DNA of 63,780 bases, counting the filler, from Octopus bimaculoides (Eukaryota), in the NCBI RefSeq assembly GCF_001194135.2. It is 6 parts of 6 records of this genome, joined end to end, with 100 filler letters (N's around TTAATTAATTAA, not from the genome) between each part and the next. Parts side by side here need not be neighbours in the genome. Positions count along the whole stretch, not along the records: positions 60,743 to 63,780 come from NC_068987.1; 5 more parts are not named here. One strand, 5' to 3'. The position numbers and the translations under genes were made by a program. Each line of letters begins with the position of its first letter. The first letter of the stretch is position 1. Positions 61,881 through 63,780 of the stretch are shown here, one piece after another. The notes beneath the pieces are model-generated. The model was not told where the DNA came from and searched no databases. It saw only the letters and a list, made by a program, of their open reading frames with translations.

Positions 61881-62114
61881 AATGTATGTATGTATGTATG
61901 TATGCATGTATGTATGTATGTATGCATGTATGTATGTATGTATGTATGTATGTATGTATATATGAATGCCTGCATGTATATATGCAGATTTGTATGTTTT
62001 GCTTTATGTATATATTCTCATGCATATAGTTGCATATCTAGACATGTTTGCTCATATATATATTTAACTGATAAGCTTCTGGAAAGTTTTACAGATTTTT
62101 ACAGTTCCATTAAC

Positions 62115-62225
62115 TATTAGTCCTGCGGTCGATTTGTTTGACTAAAACCCTTCAAAGCGGTGCCCCAGCATGGCCACAGCCAAATGAGTGAAACAAGTAA
62201 ACGAATGAAAAGATTAAAAGAAAAT
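62115..62225 (+). mobile_element. SINE family B 3' end
   Basis: gtcgatttgtttgactaaaacccttcaaagcggtgccccagcatggcc. Confidence 0.8.
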
Positions 62226-62595
62226 GACACACAGGTACTCGTATATTTGTATGAAGGATGCAAGTATATTATCGCTGTATTGTGCAAGGTACTGGCCAGT
62301 GTAAGATAATATTGAAATAATCTTGCCAGCCTCGGGAATCTGAGGTTTGTACTCGTAAATTAATACAGATTGCTAGAGGATTCCGAATCATCAGTGTTCA
62401 GAAAAACGGTGTGGTATTTATAGCTGATATCTGTGATAAACACATTTTATATTTACAACGAGAATATTTCTTCGTGAAATGCTTTAGCAAAGGGCTCAAT
62501 GGAAAGGAATGATCTCAATTTTTAGAGCAAAATATCTTTTATGATTTGCTTGCTTCAGTCATTGGTGTGCCGCCATGCAGGAGTGTTGCCTTATA

Positions 62596-62653
<58 letters not shown>

Positions 62654-62679
62654 GTGTGTCTGTCTGTCTGTCAATCTGA

Positions 62680-62795
62680 TTGTCTGTGTTTCAGCTTGCC
62701 TTTTTCTGCCGAACCACAAAGTTATGACGACGTAAGCAAACCAACGCTGGTATTCAAGCAGTGGTGGGAAACAAATGCAAATATAAACACGCGCG

Positions 62796-62834
<39 letters not shown>

Positions 62835-62990
62835 TCGCGCATTTAGATATAAGAGAGGCTTTCACATGAATTTCACAAAGCATTGATCGGCTCAGGGGTA
62901 TAGTAGAAGACACTTGACCAAAATGTCGCGCAGTGGGACTGAACACGAAACCACATGGTTACAAAGCGAGCAGCGTAAACACATTAGTCA
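62680..62990 (-). mobile_element. SINE family B, degenerate
   Basis: tttctgccgaaccacaaagttatg...gtagaagacacttgaccaaaatgtcgcgcagtgggactgaac. Confidence 0.75.
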
Positions 62991-63714
62991 TGCATAGTAC
63001 TCTGCGTAGAATCATTAAAATAAATGAAGTATTATTATGAGCTAAATCTGAATTAAATTATTTTTGATTTTGAAGAATGAGCTCTTTCAACTGTATAGAT
63101 TTTTGCACACGAGGAGGTGATCTTTGACATCTCTGTAGATTTTGTGTGCTTTCAGCCGATTCCGGTGGCTTCTAAGGCTGTGGCAACATTAAAGGTCTCA
63201 TACGAGTTACTCTAATACCTGCTAATGAGAAATATCAAAATAAATATCAGAAAAATGCTCAGACGATGGCTACAGACAAGTTCTGTCTCTCGTCTGTTGT
63301 CGACCAAATATCATCATAGTTTCGACTCCTTCCGACAATATTGTTGAATTTGGTGGTGTTCGCAACATAAGCTTTCAGAGTATAAATGAATGGATATGAT
63401 AGATGGAGATGAAGAAGGGCAGACAAAATTGAGACCAGTACAATAACAAGGTGATGTCTGTAGATCGAATGGTGAACAAAAAGACGAATAATGAGAACAG
63501 CTAAATAGTTACATAATAAAAACACAAATAGGCAAGGATAGTAACAGAAAAATACAAAACGACACCGAAAGATATTCGTATGCATAGAATATCTTTCGAC
63601 TTATCGACAAAAATAAGACGAGTTGTGCAAAATAAACACAAATATGAATAATGTAGTTAACCAATATTTGGAACTCCTTCACATTTTGAAAGAGAAAGCT
63701 ATAACTTGACTGAG

Positions 63715-63780
<66 letters not shown>

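Overview
AT-rich (about one third GC by eye) animal genomic DNA with very dense microsatellites and many assembly gaps. The repeat content suggests a cephalopod (Octopus-like) genome; this is an inference. No host protein-coding gene, rRNA, intact tRNA or CRISPR array can be supported, so the window looks intronic or intergenic. It is a patchwork of mobile elements: three tRNA-derived SINE families (here called A, B, C), RTE LINE 3' ends, four R4/Dong-type retrotransposon pieces from three families attached to (AAT)n tracts, a decayed HERO-like retrotransposon, a Helitron 5' half, a Chapaev3-like (CMC) transposase relic, three mariner relics, and mariner, hAT and piggyBac-type MITEs. The main discovery is a set of minimal hammerhead ribozyme (HHR) motifs of the Penelope-associated, dimer-forming type, in unrelated non-coding carriers: a 72-bp module inside (TA)n (3011-3082); a motif enclosed in an inverted repeat (12346-12439); a degenerate copy (27218-27254); two head-to-head HHRs forming one foldback (27463-27614); and a tRNA-headed, Pol III-type SINE carrying an HHR (41221-41526). 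All motif and translation calls were read by eye; no database search or folding program was run, and repeat boundaries are approximate unless TIR/TSD positions are quoted.
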